A stretch of DNA of 45,479 nt. It comes from a virus. This document shows positions 9,168 to 17,514 of the stretch, piece by piece (the first letter of the stretch is position 1; the number at the start of each line of letters is the position of its first letter). The notes under the pieces were generated by a model. The model searched no databases and had not been told where the DNA came from. It was given only the letters and a program-made list of their open reading frames with translations. The translations under genes and the position numbers were made by a program. The DNA is taken from the IMG/VR virus record IMGVR_UViG_3300045988_175963. The stretch is one strand, 5' to 3'.

Positions 9168-9791
9168 ATGGCAACTCAGAAAACATGTGCTTCAACCACA
9201 GACCTCTATGAGGATGTGTTGAAGTGTCCCGGTGAAAAGAGACTGCCTGGTGTCAGAGCCTACGGTTTCTTCATTCCACGTCGTTACATCACCAAGTTTG
9301 CAGAGCCACAGAAGGAGACTGCCACCTCACTCAAGGATTATCTCGTCATCAAGGATAACCACACCATTCAGGCTGACAAGGTCTGGTTTAAGGTAGCCTT
9401 CGTCACAGACAAGAGTTCCTTCTCGCCAGAGGCGCAGGGTGAGCATGGCTGCAAGACAATGAACCTCAAGGCTACACTCATCCTCCCAGGAACAGAGGAG
9501 GAAGCTTCAGCACTGGCTTCCATCCTCCTCAACGATGATTGCATCTTCATGGTACCTGAGCGCAACGGCAAGCTTCGCCAGTTCGGTGACGATACATTCG
9601 AGGTCGACGTGACACCTTCTCAGTCTTCTGGTGCAGGCATCGCAGACGAGACCAACACAACACTGGAAATATCTGTCAGCTGCGAGACCATGCCTCCATT
9701 CTATTTCGGTACCCTCACAACTGCTGAAGGAACCATCAGCGGCAAGGATTGCAAGCCAGTGGAGCCAAGTGCTGGTATAGAAGACCATTAA
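9168..9791 (+). CDS. Hypothetical head-module protein
   Basis: 207-aa ORF following the capsid gene and ending at a terminator. Confidence 0.5.
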   Translation: MATQKTCASTTDLYEDVLKCPGEKRLPGVRAYGFFIPRRYITKFAEPQKETATSLKDYLVIKDNHTIQADKVWFKVAFVTDKSSFSPEAQGEHGCKTMNLKATLILPGTEEEASALASILLNDDCIFMVPERNGKLRQFGDDTFEVDVTPSQSSGAGIADETNTTLEISVSCETMPPFYFGTLTTAEGTISGKDCKPVEPSAGIEDH

Positions 9792-9825
9792 CTAGGGATT
9801 CGATTTTCCCATAACTACTATCAGT

Positions 9826-9864
9826 GGCGGGGCGATGCTTACATGAGCTCGCCTCGCCATTTTA
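9826..9864 (+). terminator. Hairpin terminator
   Basis: ggcggggcga / tcgcctcgcc stem followed by atttt. Confidence 0.5.
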
Positions 9865-9878
9865 ATTTTCTATTTATT

Positions 9879-10853
9879 ATGAATGATCCGAAATTCACAG
9901 AAAAGTTGAAGAAGTGGTTTGATAGCGAGCATACCGTTGCCAACATCAGTGAGGGAGCGCTTCTCCTCCTACAGATGAATAACAACCGCCACCTCTATCA
10001 AGTCATCAACTTCGACCCACAGGGCAAACTCGAGTTGCTCAAATATGAGCTGCAGAAGCATCTCAACTATCGCATCGAAGGCATGACCATTGATGATGTC
10101 CGCAACTATGACAAGGCAGTCACGCCAGTTCTTCAGACTGCGGTTGACAAGACATCAGAAGCAGACCAGATTGCAAAGCAGCTAGCACCTCATCTTCCGG
10201 TCGTGGAGTCTGAAAGCCTCGATTCCATCGTGCCTTCAGCCATCGTAGCCAAGGGCAAACGAGCAGACCATGACCGGTTGCCTGAAAACATCCAGGCTAT
10301 CTGGGATAACAACTGCGATCTGTGGAAGAAAATCAAGGAACACTTTGAGGCTTGCAAAGCTTACGACATGTCATGTGACAGATACGAGGGCTTGCATGCT
10401 GCAGACGAGGACTTCAAGCGCATGCTCCTTACGCTCAAGGAGGAGTACTATGCATACAAGCAGGCCATGGATGTCTACGACCATGCCCAGCCGGGTGATG
10501 CCGAGAAACAGCCAGCGGAGGAGCAGCCAGAAGCAGCCATCACCTCCAAGCAGATTGGCAATGCTCGATCCTACATCACCAAGAACCTTGACCAGCTTAT
10601 TGGCTTGACGGAGGCTGGCAACACAGACAAAGCTGACGCCTTGCGAGCTAAGGTCAATAAGCGTGTGCAGCTCTTGATTACAGCAAAGGCTGAAATCACC
10701 GCAGATACCATCGCCAAGCTTCAGCAGGCGGGCATCAACATGGAGCAGCAGGCTTCAGACGATGGCGAGGAGCAGCCAGAGAGTGCAGAAGAGGAGGTTA
10801 CAGATGAGGGCGAAGCAGATACAGCAAGTCCTGAAGCCGCTTCAGCAGAGTAG
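9879..10853 (+). CDS. Hypothetical protein with an acidic C-terminus
   Basis: The ATG at 9879 (MNDPKF...) lies after the terminator, whereas the track start at 9843 lies inside the hairpin. Confidence 0.5.
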   Translation: MNDPKFTEKLKKWFDSEHTVANISEGALLLLQMNNNRHLYQVINFDPQGKLELLKYELQKHLNYRIEGMTIDDVRNYDKAVTPVLQTAVDKTSEADQIAKQLAPHLPVVESESLDSIVPSAIVAKGKRADHDRLPENIQAIWDNNCDLWKKIKEHFEACKAYDMSCDRYEGLHAADEDFKRMLLTLKEEYYAYKQAMDVYDHAQPGDAEKQPAEEQPEAAITSKQIGNARSYITKNLDQLIGLTEAGNTDKADALRAKVNKRVQLLITAKAEITADTIAKLQQAGINMEQQASDDGEEQPESAEEEVTDEGEADTASPEAASAE

Positions 10854-11301
10854 CTCGCAGGTCTTCCTTGGTCAAGGTCTTCACACCCTTGGTCTGTTGG
10901 GGTGGATTCTGGAGCAGACAGGTGCAGCGCACATTGCCGTCACCACCTTCTCCACATCCGATGCCTTCCTCTGTGGAGTCATCAACCTTCGCAAGCGAGG
11001 GTTGGTTAACTCCTCAGTGCTAGTAGCGGACATTAAAGCTTCAAGTAAAACTTTAAAGCTAAGTCGCTTAATGACAGAGGCTTTTGATGAAGTTAAATTG
11101 ACGCTCAACCACTCCAAGGTCATGCTCGTTGCTAACAGCGAGTGGTTAGTCTCTGTGATAACATCTCAGAACCAGACGTATGGTGACCGTGCTGAGTGCA
11201 CGTTCATCACGACTGACAGAGATGTCTATCTCAATCTCAATAACATGTTAAATAATTTGCTGGATGATACGACAACAATATCCCTATCTGGAAGAGAGTG
11301 A
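10762..11301 (+). CDS. Possible PLD/HKD-superfamily nuclease-like protein (start uncertain)
   Basis: NHSKVMLVANSEWLVSVITSQN resembles an HxK(x)4D(x)6GSxN motif with A replacing D and T replacing G. The first 92 nt overlap the previous gene. Confidence 0.35.
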   Translation: MARSSQRVQKRRLQMRAKQIQQVLKPLQQSSSQVFLGQGLHTLGLLGWILEQTGAAHIAVTTFSTSDAFLCGVINLRKRGLVNSSVLVADIKASSKTLKLSRLMTEAFDEVKLTLNHSKVMLVANSEWLVSVITSQNQTYGDRAECTFITTDRDVYLNLNNMLNNLLDDTTTISLSGRE

Positions 11302-11575
11302 ACTTTACCTGCAGACGGTCTATGACCTGGCAAAGACCATGACACCGGTCGAAGAAGTGCCCATCATGATGGAACTGCCTCCCGACGAGGCCATGGCCAT
11401 GCAGTTGGAGCTGCAGGAGCCGCGCTCACCCTATCGATACCGCTACCTCAAAGGTTTAGCGGAGACCGCTAATGATTTGCGCATCAACAATATAGCGCTC
11501 GCCAAGGTTGGCTCTCCTGGAGCCTACCAGTCCATCATGTCGCAACTCTCGCAGATTATGGCTAACCTCAGTTAG
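11264..11575 (+). CDS. Hypothetical protein
   Basis: 103-aa ORF upstream of the terminase genes. Confidence 0.4.
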   Translation: MIRQQYPYLEESELYLQTVYDLAKTMTPVEEVPIMMELPPDEAMAMQLELQEPRSPYRYRYLKGLAETANDLRINNIALAKVGSPGAYQSIMSQLSQIMANLS

Positions 11576-11577
11576 AT

Positions 11578-12168
11578 ATGAGTCTACCAGTCAACATTGA
11601 TGACTACATGAAGTTTATGCCTCTCAACGAGGATGAGCTTCAGGAACTTCACGTCTCTGCCATCGTCAAGGCGAGAGTGGAGCGGCTGCGTGGCTGCTAC
11701 GCCTTCTGGCTGCGCTATCCACGCTTTACTGTCAGGGAGATGGTTGATCAGGATAAGGCCATGTTCGGCGTAAGCGAGACACAGGCATACGATGATATTC
11801 ATCTCTGCCAGGTCATGCTCGGCAACCTCAACGCCGCCTCAAAGGAGTTCTGGCGATGGAAAGTCAATCAGGAGATAGACGAGGACCGCAAGGCTGCCAA
11901 GGCTGCCGGCGACTTCCGGGCGCTTGCCGTGATGCAGAAAAACCGCATCAAGAACAACCGCACAGACACGCCTGATGAGCCAGAGCTGGCATTCGACAAG
12001 ATTGTTCCTGTTGAGTTCCGCATGACAGATGATCCGACAGTCATCGGTTTGCAGAAGATTCCAAATCTTCGTGCAAAAATCAAAAAAATGGAGAAGCGCT
12101 ACTCGATGCCGGACATCGAGGATGCTGACTTCGAAGAACTTCCGCCAGATGATGACAGCAAGACCTAA
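11578..12168 (+). CDS. Putative small terminase subunit (position only)
   Basis: 196 aa, immediately upstream of and overlapping the large terminase. Confidence 0.35.
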   Translation: MSLPVNIDDYMKFMPLNEDELQELHVSAIVKARVERLRGCYAFWLRYPRFTVREMVDQDKAMFGVSETQAYDDIHLCQVMLGNLNAASKEFWRWKVNQEIDEDRKAAKAAGDFRALAVMQKNRIKNNRTDTPDEPELAFDKIVPVEFRMTDDPTVIGLQKIPNLRAKIKKMEKRYSMPDIEDADFEELPPDDDSKT

Positions 12169-13780
12169 GGAGTTATTTTTCAACGACGTACAGTCGCGCG
12201 TCCTGCAGCTCATGCCTAAGACGCTGGTCTGCGAATGGGGCCGTGGAACAGGAAAGGGTGTGGTCGAGGCTGGCCGCATCCTCTATGCCGTTCAGCACAT
12301 GCCAGGTTCATGCCTGGGCATGGTAGCGCCATCGGTCAAGCGATGCCAGACCAACATCCTTCCTTCTGCTCTGGTACACCTCGAAGAGTGGGGCTACAAG
12401 CGCGATGTTCACTACATAGTGGGCAAAAAACCATGGAAGGCGCTGCATTGGCAGGAACCGCACTTCCAGCCTATGAACTGGGAGAATACCGTAGCATTTT
12501 ATAATGGTAGCTATCTCAATATCATCTCTCAAGACCGCAGCGGAACTTCAAACTCCCTCTCTCTCGACCATGTCTTCATCGACGAGGCAAAATTTATAGA
12601 TTGGGAGCAGCTCAACAATGAGACGCTCCCAGCTAACCGAGGCAACAAGCAGCTGTTCGGTGACTGCTGCCTCCACCATGGCCTTACCATTACTTCAGAT
12701 ACTTCAGCAACAAAGAAAGGTTCCTGGTTCATGAGCTGGGAAAAGAAGCAAGACAAAGAGCTGGTGGCAACCATGGAGACAGTCCTGGTGCATCTGCACA
12801 GCATCCGCAACAAGCTGGCTGCTCACCCTGAACGATATGACTACTACATGAAGGAAGTGCAGAAGTATGAGAAGATTCTTGATTCTCTCCGCTCCTATGC
12901 ACTTGTCTATTCTCGATGCTCCAGCATCCAGAACCTGGCTGTCTTAGGCGAGGACTTCATCAGACAGATGAAGCGAGACCTGCCAAAGATGACCTTCCTC
13001 ACGAGCATCATGTGCCAGCATGTCGGCATCGCACAGGATGGTTTCTACTCCGGACTTGACGAGGATCGCAACTTCTATACGGCTCCGAACACCAGGTTTC
13101 TCCATGACCTGCAGTATAAGTTCGACCCTAAGCACGACAAGCCGGACTGCCGCATGGATGGCGACCTGGAGGACGGTTTACCGCTGATTATCGGCTGCGA
13201 TGCCAACAACAACATCAACTGTCTCGTAGTCGGGCAGGTGGGTTCCGATACCAAGCTGCGCATCGTCAACTCATTCTATGTAAAGTATGACAGAAAGTTG
13301 CCTGAGCTCGCTCAGGACTTCTGCGACTACTATAAGTATCTCAAGAATAAACGAGTCATCTTCTATTACGATGCGACCTTCGTGGGAAACTCCTATGCAA
13401 CCCACAACGATAAGTTCTACCAGATTATCACCAAGGTGCTACGTAGGAATGGCTGGCTCGTTACAGAGGTCTACATCGGCAAGCCGATGAACCATCTTGA
13501 GAAGCAGTTGCTCATCGACCGCATGTTCAAGGGACATGCACGCCACATGGTTCTCATTAACCAGGACAATAACGAGGACCTGATCATCTCCATCGAGAGT
13601 GCCGGCTGTTACAACAACGGCAAGGATAAGCGAGGCGAGAAACTCGTGGAGACAGACGAGGACAGGCTGGAGAACCGTACCGACTTCTCCGATGCCTTCG
13701 ATACCGTTTGCATAGGCGTGGATAAGTTCCCTCAGACCGTCCTCTATACGGGAGGCATGAGCAACTATTATCCTCGATAG
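12149..13780 (+). CDS. terL: Terminase large subunit
   Basis: Walker A-like CEWGRGTGKGV and Walker B LDHVFIDEA. 543 aa from the ATG at 12149; the track start at 12029 overlaps the upstream gene. Confidence 0.85.
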   Translation: MMTARPKELFFNDVQSRVLQLMPKTLVCEWGRGTGKGVVEAGRILYAVQHMPGSCLGMVAPSVKRCQTNILPSALVHLEEWGYKRDVHYIVGKKPWKALHWQEPHFQPMNWENTVAFYNGSYLNIISQDRSGTSNSLSLDHVFIDEAKFIDWEQLNNETLPANRGNKQLFGDCCLHHGLTITSDTSATKKGSWFMSWEKKQDKELVATMETVLVHLHSIRNKLAAHPERYDYYMKEVQKYEKILDSLRSYALVYSRCSSIQNLAVLGEDFIRQMKRDLPKMTFLTSIMCQHVGIAQDGFYSGLDEDRNFYTAPNTRFLHDLQYKFDPKHDKPDCRMDGDLEDGLPLIIGCDANNNINCLVVGQVGSDTKLRIVNSFYVKYDRKLPELAQDFCDYYKYLKNKRVIFYYDATFVGNSYATHNDKFYQIITKVLRRNGWLVTEVYIGKPMNHLEKQLLIDRMFKGHARHMVLINQDNNEDLIISIESAGCYNNGKDKRGEKLVETDEDRLENRTDFSDAFDTVCIGVDKFPQTVLYTGGMSNYYPR

Positions 13781-13849
13781 AATATTTCGTTCTTTTTATT
13801 TATTGCTTTAAGTTTTAGTTTTTAAGTTTTTTTTATGCTATGATTCCTT

Positions 13850-13886
13850 GGCTGCTTGCTCGTGAGAGTAGGCAGCCTTTTTTTTT
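13850..13886 (+). terminator. Rho-independent terminator after terL
   Basis: ggctgc...gcagcc stem followed by T9. Confidence 0.65.
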
Positions 13887-14034
13887 CCGTGTGTGTGAGA
13901 AAGCGGTATCTCCGATGGTGAGTTTGATGCTGTTCCGTACTTTTTTTTTTGCATTCTCCGCCGCCCGTCATGTGTTCCCATCCGAAATTTCCTATGCAAA
14001 GGTAGCTTCTGGCGATTCAAACCTGTGCATGAAC

Positions 14035-14097
14035 CTGTGTTAACAAAAGCCAAAGGTTCTTCACGCTTCACTAAACCTTTACCTTTTGTTAACACAG
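14035..14097. other. Long near-perfect hairpin/palindrome in the terL-PRTase intergenic region
   Basis: ctgtgttaacaaaag (14035-14049) pairs perfectly with cttttgttaacacag (14083-14097). An inner 7-bp helix aaaggtt/aaccttt extends the stem. 15-nt loop. Confidence 0.8.
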
Positions 14098-14276
14098 AAC
14101 CCCACACCTGTTTGCCTCTGCCAGCGCATTGTTTAAGCATAGGAAAAATCGAAAGGGCACACCGGGCTTTGAACGGAATGCAATTAAAAAAAATACTCCA
14201 CAGCAGGAGTGGGAAAAATCTCTGGACTCCCAAACATTACCAGAATACAATTTCAAACTTTATAAAATTTTTCGAT

Positions 14277-14939
14277 ATGAGACAGAATTATTTCTTTGAG
14301 TACGTTCCAAACGCTTACATCAACCTTTGCGTTGACAAGGCACAGCAGATGGCAAACAACCGCTTCGTCTACGACTTCAAGGCAGGCGACAAGGAGGCGG
14401 CACACCTCTGCGCTGAGTGGCTAGTTCGCTATCTTACAAAGCAGTATAGCAGTATCTTAGAGGACTTCGTTGTAGTTTTTGCTCCATGCAGCACACAATG
14501 GAAATATAACAAGCGATTCGGCTATCTTGCAGCCATCCTCAATGCAGCAGGCATCGCAACCGCAAATGAGCACGTGCACATCTTTGGAGAGCGCAAGCCA
14601 ACCCACAACGGAGGCAGCCACGTTGTTAACGAGGACATTTATCACGTTTCAGTAGATGGCGAGTACTTCAAGGGCAAGCAGGTCATTCTATTCGACGACC
14701 TGCTGACTAGCGGCAAGACCATCGAGAACTTCAGAAGAAAGTTGGATGCGGCAGGTGCTTATGTGGAGAGAGAAATCTTTTTGGCTCGCACCATTCACCA
14801 CGACCCAATAAGCAACAGAGGCGTGTTGCAGGAGATGGCAGAAGGCTTTTATGAGGCAGTTGCACACTCAAAGAGATGTTTCCCACAGGGTGTTAATATC
14901 AATAAGAAATCAAACAACAACTATAATAAAGTAGCGTAA
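14277..14939 (+). CDS. ComF-like phosphoribosyltransferase-fold protein
   Basis: PRPP-binding loop KQVILFDDLLTSGKTIENF. Overall ComF/PRTase layout. The ATG at 14277 is preferred over the 14025 extension. Confidence 0.7.
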   Translation: MRQNYFFEYVPNAYINLCVDKAQQMANNRFVYDFKAGDKEAAHLCAEWLVRYLTKQYSSILEDFVVVFAPCSTQWKYNKRFGYLAAILNAAGIATANEHVHIFGERKPTHNGGSHVVNEDIYHVSVDGEYFKGKQVILFDDLLTSGKTIENFRRKLDAAGAYVEREIFLARTIHHDPISNRGVLQEMAEGFYEAVAHSKRCFPQGVNINKKSNNNYNKVA

Positions 14940-14940
14940 C

Positions 14941-15621
14941 ATGAAGAAGTACAATGATATACTAGCAGACGAGCGCCCAGAGTTCAAGGCAGCTAATTAC
15001 GGATTCGATTCACTCAGTAACACCGAATTGTTATCCATGGTAATCAACAGAGGGGCAGGAACAGCCGAGAGCCTAAGCCAGGCTAGGCAACTGATGAACA
15101 TGGCAGACAATAACCTCAGTAACCTTGCAAAGTTATCCATGGACGAAATGCAGGTAGTGCAGGGAATAGGCGACTGCAAGGCGTTGGCAGTACTCGCAGC
15201 TTTGGAACTAGGCAAGCGCAGGGCAGTGGAGAAGTTGGGCAGCAAGCCCGACATGGGCAGCAGTCTAGCCATATATAACTACATGCTTCCGCAGATGGCA
15301 GACCTCAAGGTAGAGCAGGCACACGTCATATTGATGAACCAAAATTTCAGACTCATCAAGAGCGTGAAACTGAGCGAAGGAGGGATAACAGAGACTTCAG
15401 TGGATATTCGTATCCTCATGAGGGAGGCAGTCTTGAGCGGTGCAACCATCATGGCATTCGTGCACAATCACCCATCGGGCAACACGCAGCCAAGCAAGGC
15501 GGACGATGTGCTGACCCAGCAGATAGCCAAGGCTTGTCAAGTCATGCGCCTCTTCTTTATGGACCATGTGATAGTAACAGATGGAGCATTCTACAGCTAT
15601 CACGACAAGGGCAGACTATAG
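14941..15621 (+). CDS. radC: RadC-like JAB/MPN domain protein
   Basis: JAMM motif FVHNHPSGNTQPSKADDVLT with an N-terminal HhH-like region (VQGIGDCKALAVLAALELGKR). Its start abuts the PRTase stop (taaCATG). Confidence 0.85.
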   Translation: MKKYNDILADERPEFKAANYGFDSLSNTELLSMVINRGAGTAESLSQARQLMNMADNNLSNLAKLSMDEMQVVQGIGDCKALAVLAALELGKRRAVEKLGSKPDMGSSLAIYNYMLPQMADLKVEQAHVILMNQNFRLIKSVKLSEGGITETSVDIRILMREAVLSGATIMAFVHNHPSGNTQPSKADDVLTQQIAKACQVMRLFFMDHVIVTDGAFYSYHDKGRL

Positions 15622-15628
15622 GCACCAT

Positions 15629-15660
15629 GGGCAACGTGACAGGAACACGTTGCCCTTTTA
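15629..15660 (+). terminator. Rho-independent terminator after radC
   Basis: gggcaacgtg / cacgttgccc stem followed by tttta. Confidence 0.65.
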
Positions 15661-15720
15661 CTTGCTTGCAAACTTGCTGATAACCGCGGATAAAGGGAAG
15701 GGGATAGAGATAGCGAGAGC

Positions 15721-16036
15721 GATGGCAATTCGGGGCGGCAGTCGGGGAAAGAGGCAATTGCCACATGAAAAAACCCTTACATATACCGCTCCAGTCAGCC
15801 GTGGCAATTGCCTCCGAGCGTAGGGCGGTGGGGGCTATGCTTACAGCAAAGCACGCCCTTTTTTGCTCCAACTTTTCAAAAATCCATGATTTTCAACAAG
15901 TTGGCAAAAATGACCGTGGAAAATTTGTGCATAATGCCCAAATTTTGCAATCAATTGCCATTGATTGCCCGCTCGAAAACGGCTACTTATGCCAATTTCC
16001 ATGAAATTGCCACAAGAAACGAGCCGTTTTCGAGCG
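15721..16036. promoter_or_regulatory. Non-coding cluster of GGCAATTGCC palindromes and TTGCCACA motifs plus a 15-bp inverted repeat
   Basis: ggcaattgcc at 15753-15762 and 15803-15812. ttgccaca at 15758-15765 and 16007-16014. Inverted repeat 15970-15984 / 16022-16036. Confidence 0.6.
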
Positions 16037-16205
16037 AACCCCTACATTGCATTTCGGGGTAAAAGAGGTAATAACATTGTTTGACATCATTCAAGAATGA
16101 TGAGAAAAAGAGGTAAAAACCGTGTTTGATGGGGGTGAAATGTTAAATCTTAGTTAATATAACGATTTTGTAGTATAATTATTTGGTTATATCACGAAAA
16201 TGTAG

Positions 16206-16213
16206 TATCTTTG
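16206..16213 (+). promoter_or_regulatory. -7 box TAtcTTTG for hicAB
   Basis: 28 nt upstream of the ATG at 16241. Confidence 0.5.
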
Positions 16214-16240
16214 CAGTGTTAAATTAAACAAGTAAGTAAT

Positions 16241-16423
16241 ATGAAATGGAATGAATTGAAAAGAATTGCTATTGCCCACGGCTTCCAGTTTTACAAAGGC
16301 TTGAAAGGGCATGACCTCTACATCAACAGAGAGACCAAGAAAACAATCATGCTAGAGCGACATTGGTCACAAGAGGTCAGAAAAGGATTGGTTAACAAAC
16401 TTAGAAAGGATATCGGGTTCTAA
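16241..16423 (+). CDS. hicA: HicA-family toxin (mRNA interferase)
   Basis: 60 aa. MKWNELKRIAIAHGFQFYKGLKGHDLYINRETKKTIMLERHWSQEVRKGLVNKLRKDIGF fits the HicA/YcfA pattern. Confidence 0.8.
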   Translation: MKWNELKRIAIAHGFQFYKGLKGHDLYINRETKKTIMLERHWSQEVRKGLVNKLRKDIGF

Positions 16424-16472
16424 CCCGATTCCTTTTATACAAAATATAATAAAACATTAAAATTGATTTCGT

Positions 16473-16883
16473 ATGGATAAAAAATTTAAGGTTTCTATTG
16501 AGAAACAGGAGGATGGCAGCTATATTGCATATAATACAAACATGAGTGGCTGTACTATTATCGGCACAGGTGATTCTGTAGCTGCTGCAAAAAAAGACTT
16601 TTTGGAGTCTATGGCAGGTGTGGCAGATGCAAAACGTGAGTTGGGTGATGAGGTGCCTGAGGCTTTCTCTAATGTTCCAGACTACAAGTTTGATTTGTCT
16701 TCGCTCTTTGAGTATTATAAGATGATTAATGTGAGTGCTTTTGCTAGATTCGTGGGCATTAATGATACTTTGATGCGCCAGTACCGCAAGGGTAATACAT
16801 ATATCTCGGACGCTCAGCTTCGTAAAATAGAGGATGGTATCCATCAATTAGGTAATGAGTTTTCTAGACTTCAACTTGTTTAA
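16473..16883 (+). CDS. hicB: HicB-family antitoxin with a C-terminal HTH-like domain
   Basis: N-terminal KVSIEKQEDGSYIAYNTNMSGCTIIGTGDSVAAAKKDFLE matches the HicB fold pattern. Located directly downstream of hicA. Confidence 0.75.
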   Translation: MDKKFKVSIEKQEDGSYIAYNTNMSGCTIIGTGDSVAAAKKDFLESMAGVADAKRELGDEVPEAFSNVPDYKFDLSSLFEYYKMINVSAFARFVGINDTLMRQYRKGNTYISDAQLRKIEDGIHQLGNEFSRLQLV

Positions 16884-16894
16884 TTTAACACATC

Positions 16895-16930
16895 GTCCCC
16901 GACACGATTCCGTGCCGGGGACTTCTTATT
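16895..16930 (+). terminator. Terminator (paralogous to 18536-18570)
   Basis: gtccccgacacg / cgtgccggggac stem followed by ttcttatt. Confidence 0.65.
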
Positions 16931-16955
16931 ATTCACATATATTTGATATTGATAA

Positions 16956-17408
16956 ATGATATTATTACAAGATATTGAGACCTGCAGGCAGGCTCGTCTG
17001 ATTCTCCGTGAGCTCATCAAGGGTGACAAGTCACGTGCGCAGCTCTGGGGCTCGCTGGTTGACAACCAGCTTGATGATGTTGACTTGAGGTTCCTCCTTC
17101 CACCATTGGCTAACGAGGGCTACATCGAGGAGTCTGAGGGCATGTGGCATATACTGGACAAGGGTGTGAAGTACATGCAGAATTACGACAGAATGATGCT
17201 GGAGAGCGCAGAAGGCTATCTGGAGGGTAGACTAAAGGAAACCAGTGAAAATCCTCAAGAGCGCAAGCAGGAGAGTGAAAGGAGATGGAATAGGAAGATG
17301 ACTGTGATTGGAGTCATTCTAGCCCTATTATCCGTGTTAGCAGCTTACACAGAGCCTCTCTTAGAGAGGGCATGGCAAGTGATATTATCGCTAGTGATTG
17401 ACAAATGA
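16956..17408 (+). CDS. Hypothetical tail-anchored membrane protein
   Basis: 150 aa. C-terminal RRWNRKMTVIGVILALLSVLAAYTEPLLERAWQVILSLVIDK resembles the C-terminus of the ORF at 18604-18843. An 11-bp hairpin follows (17414-17446). Confidence 0.45.
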   Translation: MILLQDIETCRQARLILRELIKGDKSRAQLWGSLVDNQLDDVDLRFLLPPLANEGYIEESEGMWHILDKGVKYMQNYDRMMLESAEGYLEGRLKETSENPQERKQESERRWNRKMTVIGVILALLSVLAAYTEPLLERAWQVILSLVIDK

Positions 17409-17505
17409 CTATGATATAGAGAGCCTTGATACGGCTCTCTATACTGTCAATATCGGTTCTTGACTTTTTCATACCTTAAATATATATTATTTCGTTAAAC
17501 CGATG

Positions 17506-17513
17506 CAAATATA
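17506..17513 (-). promoter_or_regulatory. Minus-strand -7 box TAtaTTTG inside the conserved block shared with 19009-19016
   Basis: Reverse complement of caaatata. Points towards the 3' end of the ORF at 16956-17408. Confidence 0.4.
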
Positions 17514-17514
17514 C

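Noticed and set aside
12029-12148. Upstream start (12029) for the large terminase
   Set aside because: The first 40 codons overlap the preceding gene in another frame and read as basic low-complexity sequence. The ATG at 12149, just before the upstream stop, gives a typical coupled start.
14025-14276. N-terminal 84-codon extension of the PRTase ORF
   Set aside because: The extension runs through the large hairpin and has implausible composition. The PRTase-like sequence begins at the ATG at 14277.
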